This document shows, one piece after another, positions 51,129 to 60,420 of a stretch of 64,000 nucleotides of DNA. The stretch lies in sequence record NZ_CP049149.1. One strand, given 5' to 3'. A program made the translations under genes and the position numbers. Each line of letters opens with the position of its first letter. The first letter of the stretch is position 1. The notes under the pieces are model-generated. The model was not told the DNA's origin and did no database searches. It worked only from the letters and a program-made list of their open reading frames with translations. Origin of the DNA: a plasmid.

Positions 51129-51437
51129 GATTTTAATCCTTATGTAATATTGAAAACTTAATTATTTATTTATCGTTAGCGTGTTTGCTTTCGATGGGTG
51201 TAATTATCGATATTCGGTTTTTTAATGCAAGTACTTTTTCAAAAAAATATAAAAAATTTTCTTCAATAAAAATCAAAGTCTTAGAAATAAATCGCATTTG
51301 GTCGAAGGTGTTCCCTAAATAAATTCCCTGTTCGGTGTTTCGCCCTTATATATTTAATCGGGATGCGGGAAATAAATATAAAGGGGAGTGACACATAAAA
51401 TAATAACCGGACTTAGCCGGTTATTACCCTTATAGAT

Positions 51438-51998
51438 TTAAAACGGGATAATGCGTTCGACCCAATCGAACATAACGACCATCTTCCGACCGCCGCCAAT
51501 GTTGAGCGTGACCTGACAAGCGTCAACGCCTGACGACACACCTTCAATTTCACGGCCGTCCGCCATGTAGACCCTTATAGATTTCTGCGCTTCATGAGCC
51601 TGACGACAAATCTTGAAGAAGTCACGGCGGGATGGCCGATTGTCCACATAGTCCGGGTGTACAGCGATGCGACCGGTGAAGTCGTGCGCTATGCCTTCTG
51701 TCACACCTGATTCAATGGTACTGATTCGCTCAAGTGGCAGCCTTATACGATTTTCTTTGTCGAACGGGGCAGGGCAAAGGTCGACTTTATTGCGAGACGA
51801 CATTAACCCCTGAACGTACATGCAGAACACCTGACCATCATCCAGAGTGACCCTTACAGGAATAAGGGATTTGCGCCAGAACATCAGCGCTTTCTCCACG
51901 AAGGAGTAATCGCGTGGCCAGACCTCTGCGGGTATTCCATATGTGATGTCTGTAACCATAGCCTTCTGCTTATTAATTACTGGTGCCTTATTATACAA
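51438..51998 (-). CDS. hypothetical protein with two tandem ~90-aa repeats loosely resembling Rof/YaeO-type small beta domains
   Basis: Internal repeat KSLIPVRVTLDDGQVF... and KSIRVYMADGREIEGV... The Rof-like similarity is weak. Confidence 0.3.
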   Translation of the reverse strand: MYNKAPVINKQKAMVTDITYGIPAEVWPRDYSFVEKALMFWRKSLIPVRVTLDDGQVFCMYVQGLMSSRNKVDLCPAPFDKENRIRLPLERISTIESGVTEGIAHDFTGRIAVHPDYVDNRPSRRDFFKICRQAHEAQKSIRVYMADGREIEGVSSGVDACQVTLNIGGGRKMVVMFDWVERIIPF

Positions 51999-52101
51999 AC
52001 CTGGCAGTCTTTTTCACTTGAAGGGACAGGCAAAAGCCTCATATTTGGCGGTCTTGACACAAAAATAGCGATAAGAATAATAGCACGCGCCAGGAGGGGA
52101 T

Positions 52102-52881
52102 ATGAATAAAAAATATACATTACCGCTACTAATTATCGCATCACTTTTATCTGGCTGTAAGCCCAATGAAGAAAAGGCCATTGAGGCCATTAAGAAAGAC
52201 ATACGCACAAGCTTAATAGATCCGGAGTCTGCCAGATTTTCCAATATCCGAGCCTTAAGATTAGGCGAGGGCAGCGCCAGTTATATGGTGTGCGGTGAGG
52301 TAAACGGCAAAAATGCGTTAGGGGCATATACGGGAGCAACGCGCTTTAATGGTTTGATATTAGATATCGACCATATCGTTCCCATCGTATATATGGATGT
52401 TCCCAACTCAAGCTTGGATGAAAAGCTCGGCTTTAAAGAGCAGAACATCGCCTGTGGACCCGATGGCGTGTCGCGATATTTGCAGCGAAAGTCCATGAGG
52501 AACAGCATCCATAAAAAGGTTTCTGAGCTTGAACAAACCGCGTTAGGGAAGGCAGTTGTTGCGGCCGCCAGCGAGCTGACGTATATGTCGCGTGAGATGG
52601 GCGATGACGCCGAGGTGAAGGATGTCTACGCTCGGGAGACCGACGATTACGCGTTTGTGAGCGTCGGTGGCGAATACAGAAAGACGCAGTATTACAAGTT
52701 CAGGAAAAACGGGAAGGGCGAACTGGAGCCGGTCAGGGGGCTATCCTATAACCAACTGCCCGAGGCTGTTTATGAATGTTATTCAGGAAACAGGGATGAA
52801 ACCTGTATTACGAAGCTGGAAATTGCAGAGCTAAGAAAAAGAGAAAACAAAATAGACGACTTTGTCGTACCTGCCCGCTGA
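52102..52881 (+). CDS. lipoprotein (lipobox LLSGC), 259 aa
   Basis: MNKKYTLPLLIIASLLSGCKPNEEK. Confidence 0.55.
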   Translation: MNKKYTLPLLIIASLLSGCKPNEEKAIEAIKKDIRTSLIDPESARFSNIRALRLGEGSASYMVCGEVNGKNALGAYTGATRFNGLILDIDHIVPIVYMDVPNSSLDEKLGFKEQNIACGPDGVSRYLQRKSMRNSIHKKVSELEQTALGKAVVAAASELTYMSREMGDDAEVKDVYARETDDYAFVSVGGEYRKTQYYKFRKNGKGELEPVRGLSYNQLPEAVYECYSGNRDETCITKLEIAELRKRENKIDDFVVPAR

Positions 52882-52966
52882 AGCTGCAATGAGAGAGTGA
52901 CCTCTCTCATTGCACAGCTAGCAACCGCACAGCGTGCTCATGATTCTAATCAGAGCACGCTGTGGT

Positions 52967-53245
52967 TCACGGTAACCGTTTAAGGATATCTTCCAAATCC
53001 TCTTTGGTCATGCCCGAGTTTTCATAAATCTTCATGACTTTTTCGCGCGCTTTTGCTGACGCTTCAAGCGCCGTTGCGCTCTTGTCGAAATCGGCCATCG
53101 TCATGTTGCTCAACACCAGATTAATGATGTCGGCCTTTGACAGCCTTATGTTGCGATCTCGCAGACGTCCCTGAAAAGACTCCAGTTTGTCGTTCGCCTT
53201 CTCGGTCAGTTGAACCTGACAGTGTATAGCGCGTTTGTCACCCAT
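52967..53245 (-). CDS. hypothetical protein (92 aa), coupled to the helicase
   Basis: Its start overlaps the helicase stop. Confidence 0.4.
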   Translation of the reverse strand: MGDKRAIHCQVQLTEKANDKLESFQGRLRDRNIRLSKADIINLVLSNMTMADFDKSATALEASAKAREKVMKIYENSGMTKEDLEDILKRLP

Positions 53246-53247
53246 GC

Positions 53248-54807
53248 TTAATCTCTATTCAAAACAGTAAAATCAAAATTGCCACCTACCGGCAACACCC
53301 CCTCAGCGAATCCGGGCGTTGTGTCTATTATGTTCTTCCGCTCATAGGAGTGTGACATAAGATATTTATTACTTATATCAATGAAGTCGGTAATGAAACA
53401 CACATTTGCCTTATTTTTCTTGGCTCGAAGACCACGCCCAACCCGCTGACGCATTTCGACTTCGGCCTTGCCGCCTCCAGCCAAAATGACAGCACCCACG
53501 CTCGGAACGTCTACGCCGACGTCCAGTATGGTTGAGCCGATGAGGACATCTATCTTGCCCGTGGCCAGACTGTTTAACTTAGTCTGTCTGGTAGCCTGGT
53601 TGGACTCACCATAGATGAAATCGACTTGCAGACCGCTCTCTTTCATCATCTCCATCAGGATCTGCCCATGCCGTTTCAGACGCACCAGCGTCATGCAATT
53701 CAGCCCGTGACGTTTATACATGAGAGCCTCACGTACTATTGCTTCATTGCGTGCCAAATTGTAAACGATGCCCAGCTGATAGGCTTTCTGGTACGACGTA
53801 CCCATGCCGACCCGGAAGTTCAGATGTTTGGATGCAAGCTCCGACCGGATACGGACATTGTCCGGAGTGTAAGCGATTTTATGATACAGGAAGTAAGGTT
53901 TCGCAAGGATGCCTCGATCAATGAGATATTTCTCCGTGACTTTGATCTCTATTCTGCCCGCAACGGCCATCAGGCGCATGTTGGCTTCGGTCGAGTCTTT
54001 CATGAAAGGCGTGGCTGTCAGCGCAAGACGATAGTCGGCGTTTACGCAGAGGCGGGCGATATCGTAGAAGTTCGAGCCGGACGATTCATGCGCCTCTTCC
54101 AGAATGAGTAGCGAGACACTGGAAAGGAATCGTTTTACCAGCTCCCGGCGCTTGAGATGGTGGTTCTTCTTCTCAGGCGTTGCGTCCCGCGGCGGCTCTT
54201 CGAGAAAACTGGCCAGTGTCTGCACGGTTGCCACGTTGATGTGGCGCGAGACCTGAAATTCACCCGAACCGATAACGCCCACCTTCTGACCTTTCAGCCA
54301 CGGCTCTCCATTTTCAGCGCGGTAGTCGATGGATTTCTGGAAATTCTCCGCCATCTGGAACATCAGGACGGAACGTGTGGTTAAAAACAGCGTCATCCGA
54401 CCAATTCGGGCAGCTGCCTTGCACGCGACGTTGGATTTCCCGCCGCCAGTGGCAATCTGCGCAATCATCATCCCTTCGCGCACCAGCGTTTCCACTGTCT
54501 GATCCTGATATGCGTAGTCCGGGTTGTACGGAAATGGGTTAACTACCGGATTGGGTTTGCCAAGCGCCGGCACTTTATCCTTGCGTACATGCACGCATTT
54601 AATGCCCGCTTTGTTCAGGTTTGCAGCCACTGGCTTTGCGAATCCTGCTGGGAACGCATTTTTGCTCCAGTTGAACATCGTACTGGTGCCTTTCCAGTCA
54701 CCTGCCTCCACTTCGTAGCTCAACATCTCCTGAACAAGTCGTTTTACATTGTCATCAGCGCCAGAAATAAGCGCATTGACCGCATTCGATACAATCCGAA
54801 CTGTCAT
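53248..54807 (-). CDS. SF2 DEAD/DEAH-box helicase (UvsW/ResIII-like)
   Basis: Motif I ATGGGKS, motif II LILEEAH, motif III TATP, motif VI QRVGRGLR. Confidence 0.7.
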   Translation of the reverse strand: MTVRIVSNAVNALISGADDNVKRLVQEMLSYEVEAGDWKGTSTMFNWSKNAFPAGFAKPVAANLNKAGIKCVHVRKDKVPALGKPNPVVNPFPYNPDYAYQDQTVETLVREGMMIAQIATGGGKSNVACKAAARIGRMTLFLTTRSVLMFQMAENFQKSIDYRAENGEPWLKGQKVGVIGSGEFQVSRHINVATVQTLASFLEEPPRDATPEKKNHHLKRRELVKRFLSSVSLLILEEAHESSGSNFYDIARLCVNADYRLALTATPFMKDSTEANMRLMAVAGRIEIKVTEKYLIDRGILAKPYFLYHKIAYTPDNVRIRSELASKHLNFRVGMGTSYQKAYQLGIVYNLARNEAIVREALMYKRHGLNCMTLVRLKRHGQILMEMMKESGLQVDFIYGESNQATRQTKLNSLATGKIDVLIGSTILDVGVDVPSVGAVILAGGGKAEVEMRQRVGRGLRAKKNKANVCFITDFIDISNKYLMSHSYERKNIIDTTPGFAEGVLPVGGNFDFTVLNRD

Positions 54808-54871
54808 AAAGCTCTTTCCTTCGTGCCTTTTGTATGTTAATTGGCTATTATAGTAAGTAATTACTTATGCA

Positions 54872-55570
54872 ATGGATTGTATCAGAAATATGGATGTGAA
54901 AATTACCATTATGCAGGTGGAAGTCGCCAACCTGCGTCCGAATCCCTGGAATACCAACTCTGTTGGGGCGCAAAACTTCGAAAAACTGAAAGGCTCTATC
55001 GAGAAATTGGGCTTTTTTAAGCCAATTCTCGCGCGGGAGCTGGACGGCGGCTTTTTTGAGATCCTCGGCGGCGAACACCGCTGGCGGGCAGCGATGGAAC
55101 AGGGCATTTCAACGGTTCCCGTCATCTCCGTGGGCAAAATTAACGACCTGGTGGCCAAACAGATGTCCCTCGTCGATAACGAGCGCTACGGCGAAGACGA
55201 TCAGGTCGCTTTGCAGCGCTTAATCGAAGAAATCCAGTCTGAAATCGACTACCGGTTGTCCGATATCGCCCCGTATGACGACGAAATGGCGGCAACACTC
55301 GCCAAAGCGTCCGTTATCGATCTTGAAGCGCTGGAAGCGCTCTCCCGTGGCGATGACGAGCCGGTCGATGAGGACAAACGCGAGAAAACCGAGCGAGTCG
55401 GCGCTGAACACCAGACGATGCGCTTCAAGGTGACGTTTGATGCGTCAGATCGCGTCGCCGACACCATCAAAACCATCATCAAAGAGCAGGGAATCAATAC
55501 CGGTAACGAAATGGAGAACGCCGGGGAAGCCCTGGTGTGGCTGGTCGACTACTACAAGGAGCGTATGTAA
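54872..55570 (+). CDS. ParB N-terminal (ParB/Srx-fold nuclease-like) domain protein 1
   Basis: ILGGEHRWRAA resembles the ParB GERRxRA box. Size 232 aa. Confidence 0.55.
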   Translation: MDCIRNMDVKITIMQVEVANLRPNPWNTNSVGAQNFEKLKGSIEKLGFFKPILARELDGGFFEILGGEHRWRAAMEQGISTVPVISVGKINDLVAKQMSLVDNERYGEDDQVALQRLIEEIQSEIDYRLSDIAPYDDEMAATLAKASVIDLEALEALSRGDDEPVDEDKREKTERVGAEHQTMRFKVTFDASDRVADTIKTIIKEQGINTGNEMENAGEALVWLVDYYKERM

Positions 55571-56238
55571 TGACCAAAAACTTTGAAATCGTCTATCGAA
55601 ACCCGGCAGAACTCATCCCGTATGAGATGAACGCCAAAAAACATGACGAACAGCAGATCCGCGATCTGGCGGCCGCCATCAAAAAGCGCGGTTTTGACCA
55701 GCCGATCACGGTCGACAAGCACGACGTCATCATTACTGGCCACGGTCGTCGCGAGGCGGCACTTCTGGCTGGTCTGGAGCGTGTGCCGGTCATCGTTCGC
55801 GACGATCTGAGCGAAGAAGAAGTAAAGGCGAAGCGTCTGGAAGACAACCGCCTGGCCAGTATTGACTACGACGCCATCAAATTGCAGCAGGAACTGGAAT
55901 CCCTGGTGCTGGGCGACGTCGAGGTCTTCGGTTTTGAAGAGCGCGAGCTGAACGTGCTTGTCGGCAGCATGACCGAAGAGATGGAAACCGGCTCTCTGGT
56001 GCTCAATCTGGGCGAAGAGACGGAACGCCAGAAAGAAGAGCACACCGAGATCAGTCGCGAAGTGGCCGCTGAAGAAGTCCGCGTCATCGACGTATTGGGC
56101 TTTAAAACGCTCCCTGCTGGCTCTGCCATTGTGGTTGGGGATTTGCTTGCCCACATGGAAGAAATCACGGGAGAGAGCGGGGTAGACGCTTTCGTGGCGT
56201 ATGCGGAGAAAGTTTCTTCTGGGGAGCTGGCTGCATGA
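55570..56238 (+). CDS. ParB N-terminal domain protein 2
   Basis: ITGHGRREAALLAG box. Start overlaps the previous stop. Confidence 0.55.
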   Translation: MTKNFEIVYRNPAELIPYEMNAKKHDEQQIRDLAAAIKKRGFDQPITVDKHDVIITGHGRREAALLAGLERVPVIVRDDLSEEEVKAKRLEDNRLASIDYDAIKLQQELESLVLGDVEVFGFEERELNVLVGSMTEEMETGSLVLNLGEETERQKEEHTEISREVAAEEVRVIDVLGFKTLPAGSAIVVGDLLAHMEEITGESGVDAFVAYAEKVSSGELAA

Positions 56239-56873
56239 GCAAATACACCATCAACGTATCGTTTCAGACCCGCGTGAACAAAACCACGCGCACGCTGGAG
56301 ATTGCCGAATCGTTCGGTCTTGGCCTGGACGAAAAAGAGTGGACGCTTTACGACAATCTGGAGCTGGAAGTGAAGCAGGGCGATGTGGTGTACATCACCG
56401 GCCAATCCGGTTCCGGTAAATCCGTTGTGCTGCGCGAGCTGCAACGCCAGATGAAGGATGAAGGGCTTTCTGTAGCCTCCATCGATGACTTTACCTTCGA
56501 CAATGAGGTTAACGTCATTGACCAGCTGGGCAAAACCACCAGCGAAGCGCTGGGGCTGCTGTCTATGGCGGGATTGAATGACGCCTATCTCTTTGTGCGT
56601 AAGCCATCCGAGATGTCTGACGGTCAGAAATACCGTCTCAAGATCGCCAAGCTGATCGAGTCAGGCGCCAAAGTCTGGGCAGCCGACGAATTTGGCGCTG
56701 TTCTCGACCGCGTAACCGCCCAGGTTGTGGCGTCGAACCTCCAGCGTGCCGCCCGAAAGGTTGGCGCGACGGTAATGGTGGCGACGACCCACGAAGACCT
56801 GAAGAACGCGCTGCGCCCGGATATGCAGATCACCAAGCACTACAAAGAACGCGTGAAGGTGGAATATGCCTGA
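56235..56873 (+). CDS. minimal ABC-type ATPase (212 aa)
   Basis: Walker A GQSGSGKS, signature-like SDGQKYRLKIA, Walker B VWAADEFGAVLD, H-loop ATTHED. Confidence 0.55.
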   Translation: MSKYTINVSFQTRVNKTTRTLEIAESFGLGLDEKEWTLYDNLELEVKQGDVVYITGQSGSGKSVVLRELQRQMKDEGLSVASIDDFTFDNEVNVIDQLGKTTSEALGLLSMAGLNDAYLFVRKPSEMSDGQKYRLKIAKLIESGAKVWAADEFGAVLDRVTAQVVASNLQRAARKVGATVMVATTHEDLKNALRPDMQITKHYKERVKVEYA

Positions 56874-57120
56874 TTTGAAGATCGTAGAGCTGAAGCCATC
56901 GAAAGAGGCTGACAACAACAACGTTGAAGTCATCCGCCTGCTGGAAGAAGCACTCCAGTACGCCAGAGAAGGCAAAAGCCAGAGCCTGGCACTGCTGATG
57001 ATCAACAACGACGGCAGTGTGCTGGATTGCTGGCATAACGGTGGGCGTCCATACGTCATGGTTGGGGCGATGGAATCGCTTCGCCTGGACTTCATCAATG
57101 CCAATATCGAGCGTAGGTGA
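56866..57120 (+). CDS. hypothetical protein (84 aa)
   Basis: Coupled ORF. Confidence 0.35.
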   Translation: MPDLKIVELKPSKEADNNNVEVIRLLEEALQYAREGKSQSLALLMINNDGSVLDCWHNGGRPYVMVGAMESLRLDFINANIERR

Positions 57121-58016
57121 TCGACATGACAGGCATCATCATCAAACGCTACCGCCCGGAAGAGTTCCCGCGTCATCTGGACTTTCTGGAGCGTATGACC
57201 GTAACCAAAGGCACGGTTGAAGACTGGCACGCGCTGAAGTCGCTGCACTACAAGACGGATGGTAAGCCGTTCGCGCCAACGTATTACCGCTGCGAACTGG
57301 ACGACCGGCTGGTGGGCGTCGTGGTTATGGCTTACCCGAAACTGCTGCTGGCGCCTCGCCATCGCATGTTTCCTAAGCTGAAGCCAACCACCAATACCAC
57401 CGTGGCCAACCAGTATTGGGGCCGGTACGTGAACAACAACTTTGCGGTGATCAGCCGTTCCGTTGTTGACACTCAGTACCGCGGTGTCGGCGTCTCCTAT
57501 CGAATGATTAATCTGGTTAGCAGGATGCACGACCGGCCAATCATCGAGATCCAGTCGTCGATGAGCAAATACAACCCGTTCGCCATGAAAGCAGGGTTCC
57601 AGTTCATCCGTCCGGAGCGTCCGAAGAGCTATGAGAGTGCGTTGCGCGTCTTCCAGCGTCATTTCCGTTCTGACCCTGGCGACAACGAAGCGATCGTCAA
57701 AGAGCTGTTCGCCATGAGTGAGTCTCGCCGTCGTCGTGCGCTGCGCGATCTGGTCGCTGACTACCACAAGAACAGTTCCCTGGCCAAAGCCGGGCGTAAT
57801 CGTGGCACGACGATTCAGGACATTGCCGACAGCCTGGTGGACGAGGCCAGCATCGTGAAGCTGCTCAAGGACATTCACAACCTGAGCTTCACGTCTCCGC
57901 TGTATGGCGTGTACCGAAACCCGGACTTTGGTCGTCAGCTGCCGGACACGCTGCCACTGCTGGCATTCGACAAACAGCCTTTGAATAAACCTCTTGAAAT
58001 TGCATTACCGGCATAA
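57117..58016 (+). CDS. hypothetical protein with a GNAT-like motif A (299 aa)
   Basis: YRGVGVSYRMINLV fits the GNAT R-x-x-G-x-G/A pattern. Otherwise unrecognised. Confidence 0.35.
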   Translation: MIDMTGIIIKRYRPEEFPRHLDFLERMTVTKGTVEDWHALKSLHYKTDGKPFAPTYYRCELDDRLVGVVVMAYPKLLLAPRHRMFPKLKPTTNTTVANQYWGRYVNNNFAVISRSVVDTQYRGVGVSYRMINLVSRMHDRPIIEIQSSMSKYNPFAMKAGFQFIRPERPKSYESALRVFQRHFRSDPGDNEAIVKELFAMSESRRRRALRDLVADYHKNSSLAKAGRNRGTTIQDIADSLVDEASIVKLLKDIHNLSFTSPLYGVYRNPDFGRQLPDTLPLLAFDKQPLNKPLEIALPA

Positions 58017-58025
58017 GGATTTGCC

Positions 58026-58292
58026 ATGACGTTGACCGACAAACAAAAAGACATCATCAAAACCATCAATTTAGGCCATGAGCGTGGGCATCTGCTCGAT
58101 CTGGACGAGCTACTGGAAGTGCTGCCGTACAAAACGACCAAACAGAGTATGCAGTTCTCGATCCGCGCACTGGTGAAGAAGGGGCTGGTGGAGAAAGGAA
58201 TGTGCCGCCAGCGCGGTGATTCCGGCTACCACCGTCGCACGCTGGGACTGACCACGTTAGGTCGTGCCAGAGCCAAATTACTGGTGATGTAA
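58026..58292 (+). CDS. hypothetical small protein, possibly winged-helix DNA-binding (88 aa)
   Basis: ORF. Weak HTH-like pattern. Confidence 0.3.
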   Translation: MTLTDKQKDIIKTINLGHERGHLLDLDELLEVLPYKTTKQSMQFSIRALVKKGLVEKGMCRQRGDSGYHRRTLGLTTLGRARAKLLVM

Positions 58293-58317
58293 GTCGGTCT
58301 GGGAGCCAGTTTGAGAG

Positions 58318-58372
58318 CCTGCTTCCGTATATATAAATACTAAGTGACTTATTAAATATATACGGAAGCAGG
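58318..58372. repeat. long perfect inverted-repeat hairpin, copy 2 (17-bp stems CCTGCTTCCGTATATAT / ATATATACGGAAGCAGG)
   Basis: Read directly. The loop contains a nested AAGT/ACTT palindrome. Confidence 0.8.
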
Positions 58373-58487
58373 TTCTGAATACTCCCCAGCCCGGTTTTAA
58401 ACACCCAGAAAACAAATTGGTTAGGCACTGAATTAAACAAGTTGTTTAGGAGCGCAAGGATGCGCTCTGAGTGTTTTAGAGGGATCT

Positions 58488-59129
58488 ATGACTGTAGAAA
58501 AAGACGAGAGCAAAACTCGCCTGACACCAGCTGAGTGGGCAGAAGCCGAAGCGAAGTGGACTTCCGGTGAATACACACTCTCCAAGCTGGAGGAAGAGTA
58601 CGGCATTCGTCGTGAAACGCTCTCCAGACATTTCAAAAAGCGTGGATTAGAGAAAGGCGCGGACTCCGTTGGGAAGATGGTGCGCGAGTCGCTTAAATCC
58701 GACGCAGAGCTGCGTGCGAAGGCGCGTGCAGAGAAAATCGAAGAGCGCCGGACTCGTTACGACGATTGGGCGTTCGCACTCGGTCGTATGGTGATGCATG
58801 AGGTGGCCACAGCTAAGAAGGACGGCAGGCCACTGGCAGCCATCGAAGATGACCTGAAGAGTCTCCAGCGTGCCAGCGGCACACTCGCTAAGTGCTTCGA
58901 AATATCCTCGAAAGCACTTGGTATGGATCGCGTGGAGAACGAGGACGACGAAATCCCGAGCCTGGTATTTGGCGAACTTACGCCTTCCCAGGTGGCGCAG
59001 CTGCGTAAGGAAGATGATGAGCCGGATCTGATTGATGACGATCTGCTTGAGTCACTCGAAGAGGAAGCACTGAGCGAAGCTGAGGGCGATTCTGACGCGT
59101 CTGGTGATGAAAGTGATGGGAGCGTCTAA
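58488..59129 (+). CDS. terminase small subunit, putative
   Basis: Position immediately upstream of terL. N-terminal HTH-like region and an acidic C-terminus. Confidence 0.55.
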   Translation: MTVEKDESKTRLTPAEWAEAEAKWTSGEYTLSKLEEEYGIRRETLSRHFKKRGLEKGADSVGKMVRESLKSDAELRAKARAEKIEERRTRYDDWAFALGRMVMHEVATAKKDGRPLAAIEDDLKSLQRASGTLAKCFEISSKALGMDRVENEDDEIPSLVFGELTPSQVAQLRKEDDEPDLIDDDLLESLEEEALSEAEGDSDASGDESDGSV

Positions 59130-59131
59130 CT

Positions 59132-60388
59132 ATGGCCATCCCGTCGTCTCTGAGTCTCGTACAGCTGCATTCTGGGCAGATGCAAGTCTTCCAGTCGCCA
59201 CATCGTTTCAAAGTGGTGTGTGCGGGTCGACGCTGGGGTAAATCCCGGTTGTCGATCTCCACCATCATCCGCGCGGCAGCCAAAGAGAAGAAGCAACGTG
59301 TCTGGTACGTCGCACCGACGTACCAGATGGCTCGCCAGATCTTGTGGGATGACCTGCAGGAAGTTCTGCCGCGTAAATGGGTTCGTAAGAAAAACGACAC
59401 CACGATGACCATCGTGCTGAAGAACGGCTCTGAAATCGCGCTGAAAGGTGCGGATAAGCCCGATACGCTTCGTGGTGTGGCACTGCACTTTGTGGTGCTC
59501 GATGAATTTCAGGATATGAAGCCGGACACCTGGTACAAGGTACTGCGTCCGACACTGTCCTCTACCCGTGGCGGTGCGCTGATCATCGGTACGCCAAAAG
59601 GCTTCTCCGAGTTCCACAAGCTGTGGACTATCGGTCAGAACAAAGATTTGCAACGCAAGGGGCAGTGGAAGAGCTGGCAGTTCGTTACGGCTGATTCTCC
59701 GTTCGTACCGAGCGCGGAAATCGAAGCAGCGAAGAACGATATGGACCCTAAATCGTTCGCACAGGAATACCTGGCCAGCTTCGAGAACATGTCCGGGCGC
59801 GTCTACTATCCGTTCGACCGCAACGTGCATGTTAAGCCGCTCCAGTTCAATCCGAAGCTGCCGATCTGGGTGGGGCAGGACTTTAACATCGACCCAATGT
59901 CCTCGGTCATCCTCCAGCCACAGCCAAACGGCGAACTCTGGGCTGTCGATGAGCTGGTGCTGTTTTCATCCAACACCGCGGAAGTGTGTGACGAACTGGA
60001 GCGCCGTTACTGGCGCTGGAAGTCACAGGTCACGATCTTCCCTGACCCGGCTGGCGCCTACCGCCAGCACGCGCGCGGTGAATCGGACGTGGACATCTTC
60101 AAGGAAAAGGGCTTCCTGCGCGTCGATTATCCGAAGAAGCACCCGCCCATTGCAGACCGTGTGAACGCTGTGAACCGTATGCTGATGAGCGCTTCTGGTG
60201 AAACCCGACTGTATATCGACCCGAAGTGCAAACACCTGATCGACTCGCTTGAGAAGGTTATCTATAAACCCGGCTCCCGCGATATGGATAAGACGGGTGG
60301 CATCGAGCACAGCGCAGACGCATTGGGTTATCCAGTTCATCGTAGGTATCCGGTGAAAAATCGTGTTATTCTTGGCGGTTCAAGGTAA
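59132..60388 (+). CDS. terminase large subunit
   Basis: Walker A VVCAGRRWGKS, Walker B VVLDEFQDM, C-terminal nuclease-domain acidic residues. Confidence 0.8.
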   Translation: MAIPSSLSLVQLHSGQMQVFQSPHRFKVVCAGRRWGKSRLSISTIIRAAAKEKKQRVWYVAPTYQMARQILWDDLQEVLPRKWVRKKNDTTMTIVLKNGSEIALKGADKPDTLRGVALHFVVLDEFQDMKPDTWYKVLRPTLSSTRGGALIIGTPKGFSEFHKLWTIGQNKDLQRKGQWKSWQFVTADSPFVPSAEIEAAKNDMDPKSFAQEYLASFENMSGRVYYPFDRNVHVKPLQFNPKLPIWVGQDFNIDPMSSVILQPQPNGELWAVDELVLFSSNTAEVCDELERRYWRWKSQVTIFPDPAGAYRQHARGESDVDIFKEKGFLRVDYPKKHPPIADRVNAVNRMLMSASGETRLYIDPKCKHLIDSLEKVIYKPGSRDMDKTGGIEHSADALGYPVHRRYPVKNRVILGGSR

Positions 60389-60420
60389 GTAAGTGCATAC
60401 CTATAAATGGAATTTAGCAA

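Noticed and set aside
56661-57878. 405-aa minus-strand ORF
   Set aside because: It is antisense to the coupled ABC-ATPase and GNAT-like operon, which have clear motifs. It is an ORF artefact of GC-rich coding sequence.
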